From Candidatus Eiseniibacteriota bacterium (GTDB taxonomy: Bacteria > Eisenbacteria > RBG-16-71-46), in NCBI GenBank assembly GCA_031366795.1, contig JANLOX010000072.1:1-42075 (forward strand): DNA of 42,075 nucleotides, given 5' to 3'. The notes beneath the pieces are model-generated. The model searched no databases. It had not been told where the DNA came from and worked only from the letters and a program-made list of their open reading frames with translations. The position numbers were made by a program, and so were the translations under genes. Positions 1-9,703 of the stretch are shown in pieces (the first letter of the stretch is position 1; each line of letters opens with the position of its first letter).

Positions 1-1
1 C

Positions 2-607
2 ATCCGCAAGTTCGAGCAGCCGTGCGTCGTCGCCATCAATCACTTCCCCACTGACACCGATGCCGAGATCGATGTGGTGAAGCAGCACTGCGCGTCACTT
101 GGGGTGTCGGCAGTCGTGGCGTCGCCGTTCGCCAAGGGCGGCCCGGGCTGCGTTGCACTCGCCGAGCAGGTGTGGGAGCTCACGCAGAAGAACACGCCGC
201 ACTTCCGCCCGCTCTACGAATGGAGCGATTCGATCGAGCACAAGATCCTGACGATCGCGAGCGAGATGTACGGCGCGCAGGCTGTCGACTACACCGCGCG
301 CGCCAAGCGCGAGCGCATCCAGCTCGAAAGCCAAGGTTTCGGCGGCCTGCCGGTGTGCATCGCCAAGACGCAGCAGTCGCTGTCCGACAACCCCGCGCTG
401 CTCGGGCGGCCGAAAGATTTCCTCGTCACCGTACGCGAAATCCAACTCGCGGCAGGCGCCGGCTTCATCGTGCCGATCACCGGCGAGATCCTGCGCATGC
501 CTGGGCTTCCGAAGGCGCCGCTGGCGGAACGCTTCGACCTGAGCGAGGACGGCGAGATCGTGGTGGGCACCGCGGAGACGCCCGAGCCGGTGAGCGTGAC
601 GTCCTGA
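2..607 (+). CDS. fhs: formate--tetrahydrofolate ligase, C-terminal part (5' end outside window)
   Basis: Open frame from base 2 (IRKFEQPCVVAINHFPTDTDAEI...). Contains the FTHFS motifs LPVCIAKTQQSLSDNP and GAGFIVPITGEILRMPGLP. Confidence 0.95.
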   Translation: MRKFEQPCVVAINHFPTDTDAEIDVVKQHCASLGVSAVVASPFAKGGPGCVALAEQVWELTQKNTPHFRPLYEWSDSIEHKILTIASEMYGAQAVDYTARAKRERIQLESQGFGGLPVCIAKTQQSLSDNPALLGRPKDFLVTVREIQLAAGAGFIVPITGEILRMPGLPKAPLAERFDLSEDGEIVVGTAETPEPVSVTS

Positions 608-629
608 TCACGCCGATGCGAAGCGAGGA

Positions 630-2789
630 GTGAGGGCGGGCCGAGCAGCACCAGTCGCCACTTCGCGGCAAGCGCCCAGCCAACCCACAGCGCCGGTAGT
701 TCAGTCGTGGCGTCTCGCGCTGTTCGGAATCACGCTGTTCGCACTGGGCTGGCGGCTGCTTTATGTGTACCGGCTCTGCCACACGCCGCTGTTCGACTAC
801 CTCGAGGCGGACGCGAGCGCCTATTGGCAATGGGCGCTCGCGCTCCGCGCCGCGCATGGTGTGTCGCACCAGCCGTTCTTCCTGGCGCCGCTCTACCCGT
901 ACGCGTTGGCGGCCTTCCAGTCCGTGTTTGGGACGTCCCTGCCCGTCCTCTTCTGCGCGCAGGCTTTGCTGGGGGCCCTCGCAACTGGCCTGCTGGCGGA
1001 CGCCACCCGCCGACTGAGCTCGTTCTGGCCGGCGGTGATCGTAGGGATCAGCGTGGGCGCGTACGCGCCATCGGTGTTGTTCGATGGGCTTGTCTTGTCC
1101 GAGTCGCTGCTGTTCACGTTGGGCGCGGCACTCGTGTGGTTCGTGGTGTGGAGCGAGGGCCGTCCCGCGAGCTTTCGTTCGGGGCTGATTGTTGGGGCGC
1201 TCGTCGGTGTCATGGCGCTGGGTCGCGCCACCGCGTTGTGGCTGATGATTCCCCTCGGCGGCTTGCTGGTTCAAGGCGGCCCAATGGGGCGGCGCAAGGG
1301 GTCACCACTGCTGGTGTCGCTCCTGGTCATCGCCCTGCTTGATGCCCCTGTCGTGATGCATCACGGGAGGCTGGAGCACGAGCTTATTCCCTACACATAC
1401 AGCCTCGGATACAACTTCTACGCAGGCAATGGCCCGGGCGCGACGGGTGGCTTCGTGGATCCGGCCGGCTACGACCAGAGCAGTAGCGTCGGCGCCGTTC
1501 CGGCAGAAGGTGGTGTCGATGGCGATGGACGATCCTATTGGGCGGCGTCGCGCGGGCTCAGCCTCTCTCCCGGCGCGAGTTCGCGAGTCTGGTTCCAATC
1601 AGCGATGGACTACGTCGTGGGTCATCCGCGGGTGGCGCTTGCGCTCGGCGTGTACAAGCTGGGGTTCATGTTGAATGCACGCGAGTTTCCGCAGATCGAA
1701 GGCCCCGAATTGTACGACGGCATGGCAGGGCCGCTCGGGTTGCCGATTGTTGGGTCTTTCGCCTTTGTCGGATTCCTGGGGCTCTGCGGACTGGTCAGCG
1801 GGATCCGACGCGGTGGCGCCGCGCGTCGCCTTGCGGGGATGGCGTGCGCCATCGTGCTGGGGACCGCGGTGTTCTTCGTCACGGATCGCTACCGTGTTCA
1901 TCTCGTGCCCGCGATTGCGCCGCTTGCGGGTATCGCCCTGCTGGAGTGCTGGTCGCTGCTCATGAGTCCGCTTGGCGCCCGTCACTATTGGGCGGGTGGG
2001 ACGGGCGTGTTGGTCGCAGGGTTACTGTTCATGCCGCTCTTTCCGCGTGATCCCATGCATGACGCATGGGAGCGTGCGGCCACGATGGGAGACGTCTACC
2101 AGGCGAAGGGGTTGCCAGCCAGGGCCGCTGTTGAACTCGACAGTGCGATCGCGATTCAGGACCGGGGGCAGTTGAACAATGCAGGCATCCCGATGGCCAG
2201 GGGTTCGATGGCGGCTGTTCACGAAAGCCGTGCTCTCATCGCGGTTTCCTTGGGCGAGAGTGAATCGGCAGCGAGCAATCTCGCCCACGCCGTTGAACTC
2301 ATGCCGCGCGATTCGTTGCTCCGCACCGAATTCGCCGCTGCGCTCGCGTTCGATGGTCGAAGCGCCGAGGCGGAAGAGGTATTGCGGCGAGATGCCCCGA
2401 GGGCCAAGGCAAGCGCTGAGTTGCTGCTGACGTGGGCCCTGCGGTTTGAGTCGACGGGCCAGCCGCAGCTCGAATTGCGCGCGCTACGCGCCGCGGCCGC
2501 GCTGTCCCCCGGAAGCGAGCGGTATGCGGTCCCGCTGGTGCGCGCGCTCTTGCTCATGCGCTTGCCCGATGAGGCACAACAGCAACTGGAGCGGGCGAGG
2601 GCGGCCGGGCTGGAGGAGCAAGTGTATCTCGCGCACAAGGCGTGGCTGCTCCTTGCCCGGGGCGACACGGTAGCGGCCGGCGCAATCATGAAGCAGCTGC
2701 GCGATTCCAACGCTCTTGCGGATCGCCGGGTTGCGGCAACAGTCGCGTTGATGAATGGGGCCACGGAGGGGGCGCACGGTAGCAGGTAG
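630..2789 (+). CDS. GT-C fold (PMT_2/ArnT-like) membrane glycosyltransferase with C-terminal TPR-like helical region
   Basis: About 11 hydrophobic segments; DASAYWQWA...PFFLAPLYPY loop, GYNFYAGN and FFVTDRYRV motifs typical of GT-C/TPR proteins; Ala/Leu-rich helical repeats at the C-terminus. Start codon uncertain. Confidence 0.75.
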   Translation: MRAGRAAPVATSRQAPSQPTAPVVQSWRLALFGITLFALGWRLLYVYRLCHTPLFDYLEADASAYWQWALALRAAHGVSHQPFFLAPLYPYALAAFQSVFGTSLPVLFCAQALLGALATGLLADATRRLSSFWPAVIVGISVGAYAPSVLFDGLVLSESLLFTLGAALVWFVVWSEGRPASFRSGLIVGALVGVMALGRATALWLMIPLGGLLVQGGPMGRRKGSPLLVSLLVIALLDAPVVMHHGRLEHELIPYTYSLGYNFYAGNGPGATGGFVDPAGYDQSSSVGAVPAEGGVDGDGRSYWAASRGLSLSPGASSRVWFQSAMDYVVGHPRVALALGVYKLGFMLNAREFPQIEGPELYDGMAGPLGLPIVGSFAFVGFLGLCGLVSGIRRGGAARRLAGMACAIVLGTAVFFVTDRYRVHLVPAIAPLAGIALLECWSLLMSPLGARHYWAGGTGVLVAGLLFMPLFPRDPMHDAWERAATMGDVYQAKGLPARAAVELDSAIAIQDRGQLNNAGIPMARGSMAAVHESRALIAVSLGESESAASNLAHAVELMPRDSLLRTEFAAALAFDGRSAEAEEVLRRDAPRAKASAELLLTWALRFESTGQPQLELRALRAAAALSPGSERYAVPLVRALLLMRLPDEAQQQLERARAAGLEEQVYLAHKAWLLLARGDTVAAGAIMKQLRDSNALADRRVAATVALMNGATEGAHGSR

Positions 2790-2824
2790 TTGCCCTTGCC
2801 TCCCCTGTGTAGCGCCGCCTGTGA

Positions 2825-4708
2825 TTACCTGATCACGCCCAACTGGCGCGCCACGCTTTGCGCCGCCGCGTTCGAAGGGTCGAACTCCAATGAGCGCCGG
2901 ATCGCATTACGGGCGCCTAAGGTGTCGGCTTGCATGAAGGCGCTCGCCGCGTGCAGCAGCCAGTACGAACCGGTCTCGACGCCGATGCGCACGGACGCCT
3001 CGTTGAGCGAGTCGGCCAGGCCGTATCGTTCGGCGCGGTACGCATTGAGTGCCAGGTTCTGCACCAGCGTGCCGACGAACGGGCCGCGCGTGTAGCCCAC
3101 GGCGGTCATCGATTGGCGCAGCATGTCGTCGGAGCGGTCCGGCTGGTCGGCCATGCTGAGGGCTGCCGCCTGCTGGTACAGCACGATCGCATTGTGGTTG
3201 ATGCCCGCCGCGAACGGCGTCTCGCCGAAGCGGTACTCGATGCCGCAGGCGAGTGGCGTGGTGAGGCCCTTCTGGCCGCCAAAGGCGCCCCAGCTGAGCG
3301 TCGAGTCGGCGTACCACACCTGCAGCGCGCGCGAGCCCTGGAAGGCGAACTCCGCGAGCCGCGGCAGTTCCCAGTAGCACACGCGGTCGTGCGGCTCGAG
3401 TTTGGGCGAGCTCGCCAGCATCACCTTGCGCGTCTCCACCACCACGTGTTGCAAGCGCACCAACTGCGTGAATGACACGTGCGATCCGAGGACGGCCGGC
3501 GCTCGCGAGATCATGGGCTCCGCTCCCGGGCTGATCAGCAACGCGACGAGGCGCAGCGTCACGAAGACGCCCGCGAGCCACGGCGATGCACTGCCGAGCA
3601 GCGCCGGAATCGCGAACGCGAGTCCGAGGGACGGTGTCCATGCGCGCCAGCCATTCCAATCGGGCAACAGCAGGGCGAGTGGCATCACCCCCGCGAAGAA
3701 CCATGCCGCCGCGGTGGTCACGGCGGGGAGCACTGTGCGCAGCCGCTTGCGCGCGGCGGGCTGTGCATAGATGAAGCCTGCTGCAATCGCGCAGCCGATC
3801 CATGCGGTGACGATCATGGCGCGTTCGCCGCCGTTCACGTCCTCGAGGTTGAGTGCCGCGGGGATGGCTTTCGCGAACAGCGTGGGCAACAGCGTGAGTG
3901 GCGTGCTGCCCGCCGGAGCCGCGGCGGAGTGCGAAGGCGGTGTGGCGACGCCATGCGCGAGCGCGATGCGATAGCCGATCCCCCACAGGCCGGCGACGCC
4001 GGCCACCCATGCGGCGGGCAGCAGCATGGCGCGGGGCTCGCGGCGATCCCGCCAGGCCAGAGCCAAGATCACGGGCAGCGCGAGAGCCGCGGACTCGTGG
4101 CTCAACAGGCCCGCGAGCGCGGCGAGTGCCGCCAGGCCCAAGCGCTGCGCCTGCGCTTCGTGCACGGCGAGCAGCGCGAACAACGCCGCGAGCAGGTGCT
4201 GTGAGCCGCTGGGCCAGCCGAGCAGCACGCGGGCGGGCTCGGATATGGCGATGCTGGCGGCGATCGCGGCGGCCACGGGCAGCGTGAATTCGCGGCGTGA
4301 GATGCGATAGGCCAGCGCCGCGATGCCGGCGATCAATGCGCCGTGAAGCAACGCCGCGGCCCACGGGGCCGCCAGCAGCCACGGTCCCACGAGGCTCCAG
4401 TAGAGCTGGCGGCTGAGCGGACGCCAGTAGTACGTGGCGCCCATCGAATCGAACACGTCGAGTGGTTTCTGGAAGACGAGCCGCGCGAGAAACGAGTAGT
4501 CGTCGGCCACAGCACTCCCAAGCGGCGCGTTGCGGCAGGCGATCAGCAGTGCGACGAACGCGAGCGGAATCGCCAGCAACCAGCCACGTGATTCGGGCGG
4601 CGCCACCGGCTGCCCACGCGCGGGGCGCGCGGCCGCCGGCTCACGTGCGGGTCGCGGCGCCAGTGCTGCGGCTCCGCGGTTGCGCTCAGTTCGGCGTGCT
4701 CGCGCCAT
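2825..4708 (-). CDS. TMTC-like GT-C membrane glycosyltransferase with C-terminal TPR
   Basis: DDYSFL followed by YYWRPLSRQ after the first TM helix; many TM segments; LLSHESA motif; TPR-like end (AIRRSLEFDPSNAAA). Paralogous to 15690..17702. Confidence 0.7.
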   Translation of the reverse strand: MARARRTERNRGAAALAPRPAREPAAARPARGQPVAPPESRGWLLAIPLAFVALLIACRNAPLGSAVADDYSFLARLVFQKPLDVFDSMGATYYWRPLSRQLYWSLVGPWLLAAPWAAALLHGALIAGIAALAYRISRREFTLPVAAAIAASIAISEPARVLLGWPSGSQHLLAALFALLAVHEAQAQRLGLAALAALAGLLSHESAALALPVILALAWRDRREPRAMLLPAAWVAGVAGLWGIGYRIALAHGVATPPSHSAAAPAGSTPLTLLPTLFAKAIPAALNLEDVNGGERAMIVTAWIGCAIAAGFIYAQPAARKRLRTVLPAVTTAAAWFFAGVMPLALLLPDWNGWRAWTPSLGLAFAIPALLGSASPWLAGVFVTLRLVALLISPGAEPMISRAPAVLGSHVSFTQLVRLQHVVVETRKVMLASSPKLEPHDRVCYWELPRLAEFAFQGSRALQVWYADSTLSWGAFGGQKGLTTPLACGIEYRFGETPFAAGINHNAIVLYQQAAALSMADQPDRSDDMLRQSMTAVGYTRGPFVGTLVQNLALNAYRAERYGLADSLNEASVRIGVETGSYWLLHAASAFMQADTLGARNAIRRSLEFDPSNAAAQSVARQLGVIR

Positions 4709-6512
4709 CGGGTTCCTTGGCCTCGTCAGTGTTCGTTAGCGAATCGCTTCCCGCAGGCATCAGCACGTCGCGCGCGGGTCCGCGCAATTCGACGTGCAGC
4801 GCATCGATGGCGGGTAACGCCGCCGCGTCGAGCCAGCCCTTGGCGATCATGGCGCGGCCGATGAAGTGCATCTGCGCGCGCTCGAACGATCGCAGCGAGC
4901 CATCCCGTTCGAAGCGGTACTTCCATTTCGTGGGCGCCGGCACCACCGTGGCGAGGAACAGCGCCTCATCGACAGTGACCTGCCCGGCATCGTGCCCAAA
5001 GTAATACTGACACGCTTCGTCCGCCCCATGCACCCCGGGGCCCCACTCGATGATATTGAGGTAGATTTCCAGCAGCCGCCGCTTGGGCGCCCCCGTCAGG
5101 TGCTCGAGGATCCACGCCAGCACCACTTCTTGCGCCTTGCGCGACAGCGTGCGCTCGTGGCCGAGATAGAGATTGCGCGCCAGTTGCATGGTGATCGTGC
5201 CCGCGCCGCGGCGGAAGGCGCCGGCGTGAAGGTTCTCGGCGATGGCGTCCTTCACCGCGTCGGTGTTGAAACCGTGATGGCGGAAGAAGCCGCCGTCCTC
5301 GTTGGTCACCAGCGCGTGCGCCAGCGTCGAGTCGATGGCGTCGTAGGTGCGGAAGTGGGGATTGGCACTCGACAGTTCGCGCATCACGATGCGGCCATGC
5401 GGCAGGTGAATCGCGGCGGTGAACGGCGCTTCGAGATTCATCAAGTTGAGTCGCGTTCCGGCCGGGTCGAGCCGCAGGCCGTGCGGTGTGACGTCGGCGT
5501 GGAAGGCGACGGAATCCGGATGCTCGAGATCGAGATCGAACGATAGCGCGTAGTCGAACGTTCCGCGCAGCCGGACGCCGGTCAGCGGGCCGAGCAGCGC
5601 TGCGGGGACCTTGCGTGACAGCAGCTCCGGATTGACGCCGTGAGTCGTGAGCTCGAAGCGCAACCGTGGCGAAGCGGGCTCGAACGAGGCCGACAGCGCG
5701 AGCGGAACCGGCCCCACGGTGAGTGTGCTGCCGGGCTCGAGCCGCAGCGCGTTCGGTGATCCGCCGCGGGTGACGCGGCCATCGAAGCTTAGGCCCAGAT
5801 GATCCGCGTGGCCGTTCGCGTTCATGCGGAAATCCGCGCCGCCCACGACCCGGCCATCGCGCGAGGCGGCGATGTCGAGCGTGAAAGGCGTGTCATCCTC
5901 GAGTGCCGCGATACCGCTCGCCACGAGGTGAGTACCACCGTCGCGCGGCTGTAGCTCCAATGAGTCCAGCCGCAGGGCGATGCGCGGCGCGTCGGTGGAG
6001 GTCGAGCCGATCACGGTGATGTGGCGCAACGACACGCGCAGGCTCGCGGGGTTCATCATCATCAGTTGCGCCGCGCGGCGCGCCGTTTCGCGCAGGCGCG
6101 GCAGCCGGTCGGCGCGCGCGTGACCGCGGGGCGCGGGAGCCGGCGGCGCGTCGGGGTCCACTGCGGCGCGCGCGTGGGTCGTGAAGCGCGCGTTCTCGAG
6201 CGTAAGCTTCGAGGGCCGGGGCGAGAGCGTGAGTAGCGACCAGGGATCGATCGCGATCTCGAGCGCGCCAATGCTCGCGCTGGTGTCGCCCGCGGCACCG
6301 GCGAGCGAGAGGTCGCGGATCGACACGTCGAGCGGGGGCGCCAGCTTGAGGGATCGCCAGCTGGCGGTGAGCCCGCGGTCCGCCGCCATCGCGTAAAGAC
6401 GGGTGGCGATCAGCCCGGGTGCCGCGAGCCAGGCGCCCGTCACCGCCAGCAAAACGAGGGCAATGGCGAGGGCAATCCAGCGTGCGCGCGGACCGTTAAC
6501 CGGAGGGATCAT
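4686..6512 (-). CDS. monofunctional peptidoglycan transglycosylase (GT51) with long N-terminal periplasmic beta-rich region
   Basis: GT51 motifs EDGGFFRHHG, GAGTITMQLARNLYL, RKAQE, LEIYLNIIEWG; N-terminal TM anchor; no transpeptidase domain. Confidence 0.88.
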   Translation of the reverse strand: MIPPVNGPRARWIALAIALVLLAVTGAWLAAPGLIATRLYAMAADRGLTASWRSLKLAPPLDVSIRDLSLAGAAGDTSASIGALEIAIDPWSLLTLSPRPSKLTLENARFTTHARAAVDPDAPPAPAPRGHARADRLPRLRETARRAAQLMMMNPASLRVSLRHITVIGSTSTDAPRIALRLDSLELQPRDGGTHLVASGIAALEDDTPFTLDIAASRDGRVVGGADFRMNANGHADHLGLSFDGRVTRGGSPNALRLEPGSTLTVGPVPLALSASFEPASPRLRFELTTHGVNPELLSRKVPAALLGPLTGVRLRGTFDYALSFDLDLEHPDSVAFHADVTPHGLRLDPAGTRLNLMNLEAPFTAAIHLPHGRIVMRELSSANPHFRTYDAIDSTLAHALVTNEDGGFFRHHGFNTDAVKDAIAENLHAGAFRRGAGTITMQLARNLYLGHERTLSRKAQEVVLAWILEHLTGAPKRRLLEIYLNIIEWGPGVHGADEACQYYFGHDAGQVTVDEALFLATVVPAPTKWKYRFERDGSLRSFERAQMHFIGRAMIAKGWLDAAALPAIDALHVELRGPARDVLMPAGSDSLTNTDEAKEPDGASTPN

Positions 6513-6615
6513 GGCCGGGGCACTTTAACGGGGTCGCGCATCGCGGACCAACGCTGGTTCGTGTGCATGACCCCGTTGTCGTGAGGCCCGCGGGCCCGCG
6601 TGAAGCCTTGCTGCC

Positions 6616-7533
6616 TTACGTGACCTGCGCCTCACGCGGGCTCAGCCACTCGCGATACAACGAGTCGACCTCGGTGACGAACGATGTGTGCCGTGGCACC
6701 CAGCCGAGATCGCGCCGCGCCTTCGTGGCGTTGACGCGTGAATTGGACAGCAACGCCTTACCGTAGGCGCCCAGCGAGGTCACGACGTCCTCTGCCGCCC
6801 ACGCCTTCGCGGTGGCTCCCGTGACGCGCGCCACGGCTTCGGCCATTTCTCGCACCGTGTGCGCGGAGCCGTCGGCGAGCAGGAAGCGCTCGCCCGCGGC
6901 TGCATGTTCGAGTCCGAGCCGGTAGGCCTCGGCGACGTCATCGACGTGCACCATCGCCCATACCTGCGAGCCGTCACCCCAGTAGGTCACCGTCCCCTTG
7001 TCGCGCGCCTCGCGGAACCAGCCGCCAAGAATGCCGCGCGAGCCGCCATACACCATGCCCGGGCGGAACACCACGGGTACGACTTCCTGCAACGCGAGGT
7101 CCATGGCGATGTCTTCGTGCGCCGCGCGCCACGCACTGTATTCATGCGGATGGAGCGGGGTGGACTCGTCGACGGTGTCGCTGCCGGCATCGCCGTGCAC
7201 CCAGATCCCGCTCGTATACAGCAGGCGTCGCAGCCGTCCGTCTTCAGCGGCATCGGCGAATGCTTCGAGCGCCTGCTGGTCTAGTGTCGCGGGCGAGCCC
7301 TCGCGCGCGGCCGTGGCATGCACGGCGGCGTCGCAGTTTTTGAGCACGCTGACATAAGTGTCGGGTTTCGTGAGGTCGCCGATCTGCGGCTGCACGCCGA
7401 CGCGGCGCAGTTGCTCCGCATGTTCGGCGGAGCGCACCAGACCGATGACCTCGTACCCTGCGCGAGCCAACCGGCTGGCGATGGCGCCACCCAGGTAGCC
7501 CGCGGCTCCGGTGATCAAGATTCTCGTCTTCAT
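6616..7533 (-). CDS. NAD-dependent epimerase/dehydratase (atypical SDR)
   Basis: ILITGAAGYLG Rossmann motif; RPGMVYG and VHVDDVAEAY. Confidence 0.88.
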   Translation of the reverse strand: MKTRILITGAAGYLGGAIASRLARAGYEVIGLVRSAEHAEQLRRVGVQPQIGDLTKPDTYVSVLKNCDAAVHATAAREGSPATLDQQALEAFADAAEDGRLRRLLYTSGIWVHGDAGSDTVDESTPLHPHEYSAWRAAHEDIAMDLALQEVVPVVFRPGMVYGGSRGILGGWFREARDKGTVTYWGDGSQVWAMVHVDDVAEAYRLGLEHAAAGERFLLADGSAHTVREMAEAVARVTGATAKAWAAEDVVTSLGAYGKALLSNSRVNATKARRDLGWVPRHTSFVTEVDSLYREWLSPREAQVT

Positions 7534-7641
7534 GGGGTGTCCTGAGTCGGTGGCCCTTCCGGGGTGTTGCCGCGAGCAATCGGGCTCGCGTGCTCATGCC
7601 CGGACTTATCTCGTATGCCCGCAAGGGGGGGACTATTCCAT

Positions 7642-7773
7642 GGGGCGCCGTACTTCACTTCTGATGCACGAGGCCCGTCTTTAGAACCATCGGCTGATGA
7701 GGGATCATCACTTCAGCCGGAACTGACATGTGCTTGACGGCTATGGGGTTCGGAAGCGCCGCAGGGGCGCCGT
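7642..7773. ncRNA. candidate structured non-coding RNA (rod with central bubble)
   Basis: Nested complementary segments: GGCGCC 7644-7649/7766-7771, CTTCTGA 7658-7664/TCGGAAG 7750-7756, CCGTC 7675-7679/GACGG 7736-7740, CGGCTGA 7691-7697/TCAGCCG 7713-7719. Folded by eye only. Confidence 0.3.
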
Positions 7774-7820
7774 CAGGCTTCCGGGAGGCGTTGGCGGAGC
7801 GGTTCAGGAGCGCGCGGAGT

Positions 7821-8186
7821 TTACTCGCCGCGATAGGTGCAGCGCGCGGTGCAGGTCTCGTGCACCGTGATGCTCGCGAGTCCGGGCAGCGAGGGCGCGA
7901 GCCGCTTCCATAGCCACACGCACAGCAACTCGGACGTGGGGTTGTCGAGACCCGGCACGTCGTTGAGCGTGCGGTGGTCCAACTCGCCGCGCACGATGGG
8001 ATCGACCACCGCGGTGATGTCGGCATAGTCCACCAGCCAGCCCATCGCCTCGTCGATCTCGCCGGCTACCGTGATCTCCACGCGGAAGCCATGACCGTGC
8101 ATCCGGTAACACTTGTGATCCGCCGGCACGCGCGGTAAGCGGTGCGCGGCCTCGAACGTGAATTCCTTGATGAGCTCGACTCGCAT
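7821..8186 (-). CDS. queD: 6-carboxy-5,6,7,8-tetrahydropterin synthase
   Basis: FTFEAAHRL, CYRMHGH, LDHRTLND, NPTSE, VHETCT. Start re-assigned to ATG 8186 (MRVELIKEF); the longer ORF overlaps queC. Confidence 0.93.
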   Translation of the reverse strand: MRVELIKEFTFEAAHRLPRVPADHKCYRMHGHGFRVEITVAGEIDEAMGWLVDYADITAVVDPIVRGELDHRTLNDVPGLDNPTSELLCVWLWKRLAPSLPGLASITVHETCTARCTYRGE

Positions 8187-8206
8187 GGGTTCCGCTTTGT
8201 TGAAGT

Positions 8207-8914
8207 TTAGGGTGACGCGTAGCGCGTCGGATCGGGCACGCCGGCTTCCTGGAAGCCGCGCGCGCGCAGCACGCAGGCATCGCAGCGGCCGCACGCCGCG
8301 CCCTGGGGAGCGGGATCGTAGCAGGAATGCGTCATCCGGTAATCCACGCCGAGCGAGATCCCGAGCCGGATGATGTTGGCCTTGTCGAGCGCCATCAGCG
8401 GCGTGTGCACCGTGAAGTGCGCGCCCTCGACGCCGGCGCGTGTGGCGAGGTTGGCGAGCGTTTCGAAGGCGCGCACGAATTCCGGGCGGCAATCGGGGTA
8501 ACCCGAATAATCGACCGCGTTCATGCCGGCCACGAGATGCGTTGCGCCCAGCGTCTCCGCGAGTCCCAGCGCTATTCCCAGGAAGACAGTGTTGCGGGCG
8601 GGCACATAGGTCGCGGGAATCGCCGAGGACATCTCACCCGCGTCGCGATCCTTGGGCACCGGAGTGTCGCTTGTCAGCGCCGAGCCGCCGATGGCGCGCA
8701 GGTCGACGGCTACCTGGCGATGATCGCTGATGCCGAATGCCGCTGCGACCGCGCGCGCCACGCTCAATTCTTCGCGATGGCGCTGGCCATAGTCCACGGC
8801 CAACGTCGTGCATGCGTAACCCTGCGCGTTCGCCCACGCGAGGCAGGTCGTTGAGTCGAGGCCGCCGGACAACAGCACGACCGCGCGTCCGGGCGCGCGG
8901 GAGTTAGACGCCAC
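8207..8914 (-). CDS. queC: 7-cyano-7-deazaguanine synthase
   Basis: [38 protein letters not shown]...CGRCDAC. Confidence 0.96.
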   Translation of the reverse strand: MASNSRAPGRAVVLLSGGLDSTTCLAWANAQGYACTTLAVDYGQRHREELSVARAVAAAFGISDHRQVAVDLRAIGGSALTSDTPVPKDRDAGEMSSAIPATYVPARNTVFLGIALGLAETLGATHLVAGMNAVDYSGYPDCRPEFVRAFETLANLATRAGVEGAHFTVHTPLMALDKANIIRLGISLGVDYRMTHSCYDPAPQGAACGRCDACVLRARGFQEAGVPDPTRYASP

Positions 8915-9617
8915 GCTTCGCTCCCCACAGCCAGATGTGCAACCGCGGGCTCATGCGCAAGCCCTGTTGCTTGCACGCGTCGGCTAGCGTGCGCGCGCGT
9001 GCGCGCAGCGCCTCCTCGGTCAGCCCCTCGGGCATCAGCATCACGCGCTCGCGCGGTAGTTGGTGCTCGTCGATGAGTCGCAGTGCGTCATCGAGGTCGG
9101 GCGCGTCACCGACCACCAGCTTGAAGGTCGCGTTGGGTTCGGCCCGCCACGCCGGCGAGTGAAGCCACGTATCGCTCCAGCGCGGCGTCACCGAGGGCAG
9201 CTTGGGCGAAACGTTGTAGTGAAGTCGCGCGTGCGTGAGCGGGGGCGGCAGCACGCCGCTGGTCTCGATCTCCACGGCCGGCCAGCGCTCAAGTGCTGCG
9301 GCGATCAACTCCGCGATCCCCGGATGCTGGAGCGGTTCGCCACCGGTGATCACGATCAGGGGTGCGTTCCCCAGGGTCAACAACTCCTCGAACGCCGGCG
9401 CGGTGCCGAGTGAGCGCCCGCCGCTCGTCTCCCACGTGTACTTGGAGTCGCACCACACGCAGCCCACGTCGCAACCCTGCAGGCGCAGGAAGTGCGCCGG
9501 AGTGCCCGCGGTGGGACCCTCGCCCTGCAGCGAGAAGAACAGCTCGCTCACGCGCAGGATGGTGGACGGGGCAGCGATATCGAGGCCGGGCGTAGGCAGG
9601 GAATCGTGAGTCGTCAT
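8904..9617 (-). CDS. queE: 7-carboxy-7-deazaguanine synthase (radical SAM)
   Basis: [20 protein letters not shown] (CX3CX2C), ITGGEP, IETSG, VSPK, SPRLH. Start at ATG 9617. Confidence 0.93.
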   Translation of the reverse strand: MTTHDSLPTPGLDIAAPSTILRVSELFFSLQGEGPTAGTPAHFLRLQGCDVGCVWCDSKYTWETSGGRSLGTAPAFEELLTLGNAPLIVITGGEPLQHPGIAELIAAALERWPAVEIETSGVLPPPLTHARLHYNVSPKLPSVTPRWSDTWLHSPAWRAEPNATFKLVVGDAPDLDDALRLIDEHQLPRERVMLMPEGLTEEALRARARTLADACKQQGLRMSPRLHIWLWGAKRGV

Positions 9618-9703
9618 GGCCCCAAGAGTACGCTGGCGCGCGGGCGGTCCCCAAGTGGGGGGGCCGGTGGCTTGCCGCGATGGCAGCGCGGGGTTCGGCG
9701 GGT

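Noticed and set aside
7694..7724. Hammerhead ribozyme (CTGATGA core)
   Set aside because: The required GAAA after stem II is absent (GAAC), and CTGATGA is itself paired in the hairpin.
7821..9617. 7-deazaguanine DNA-modification (dpd) system
   Set aside because: No dpdA/tgt-like or helicase genes nearby. queECD look like ordinary queuosine-pathway genes; folE, queF and tgt are presumably elsewhere.
9618..9703. preQ1 riboswitch ahead of queE
   Set aside because: No preQ1-I hairpin with A-rich tail; a -10-like hexamer sits only 7 nt before the ATG, leaving no room for a leader.
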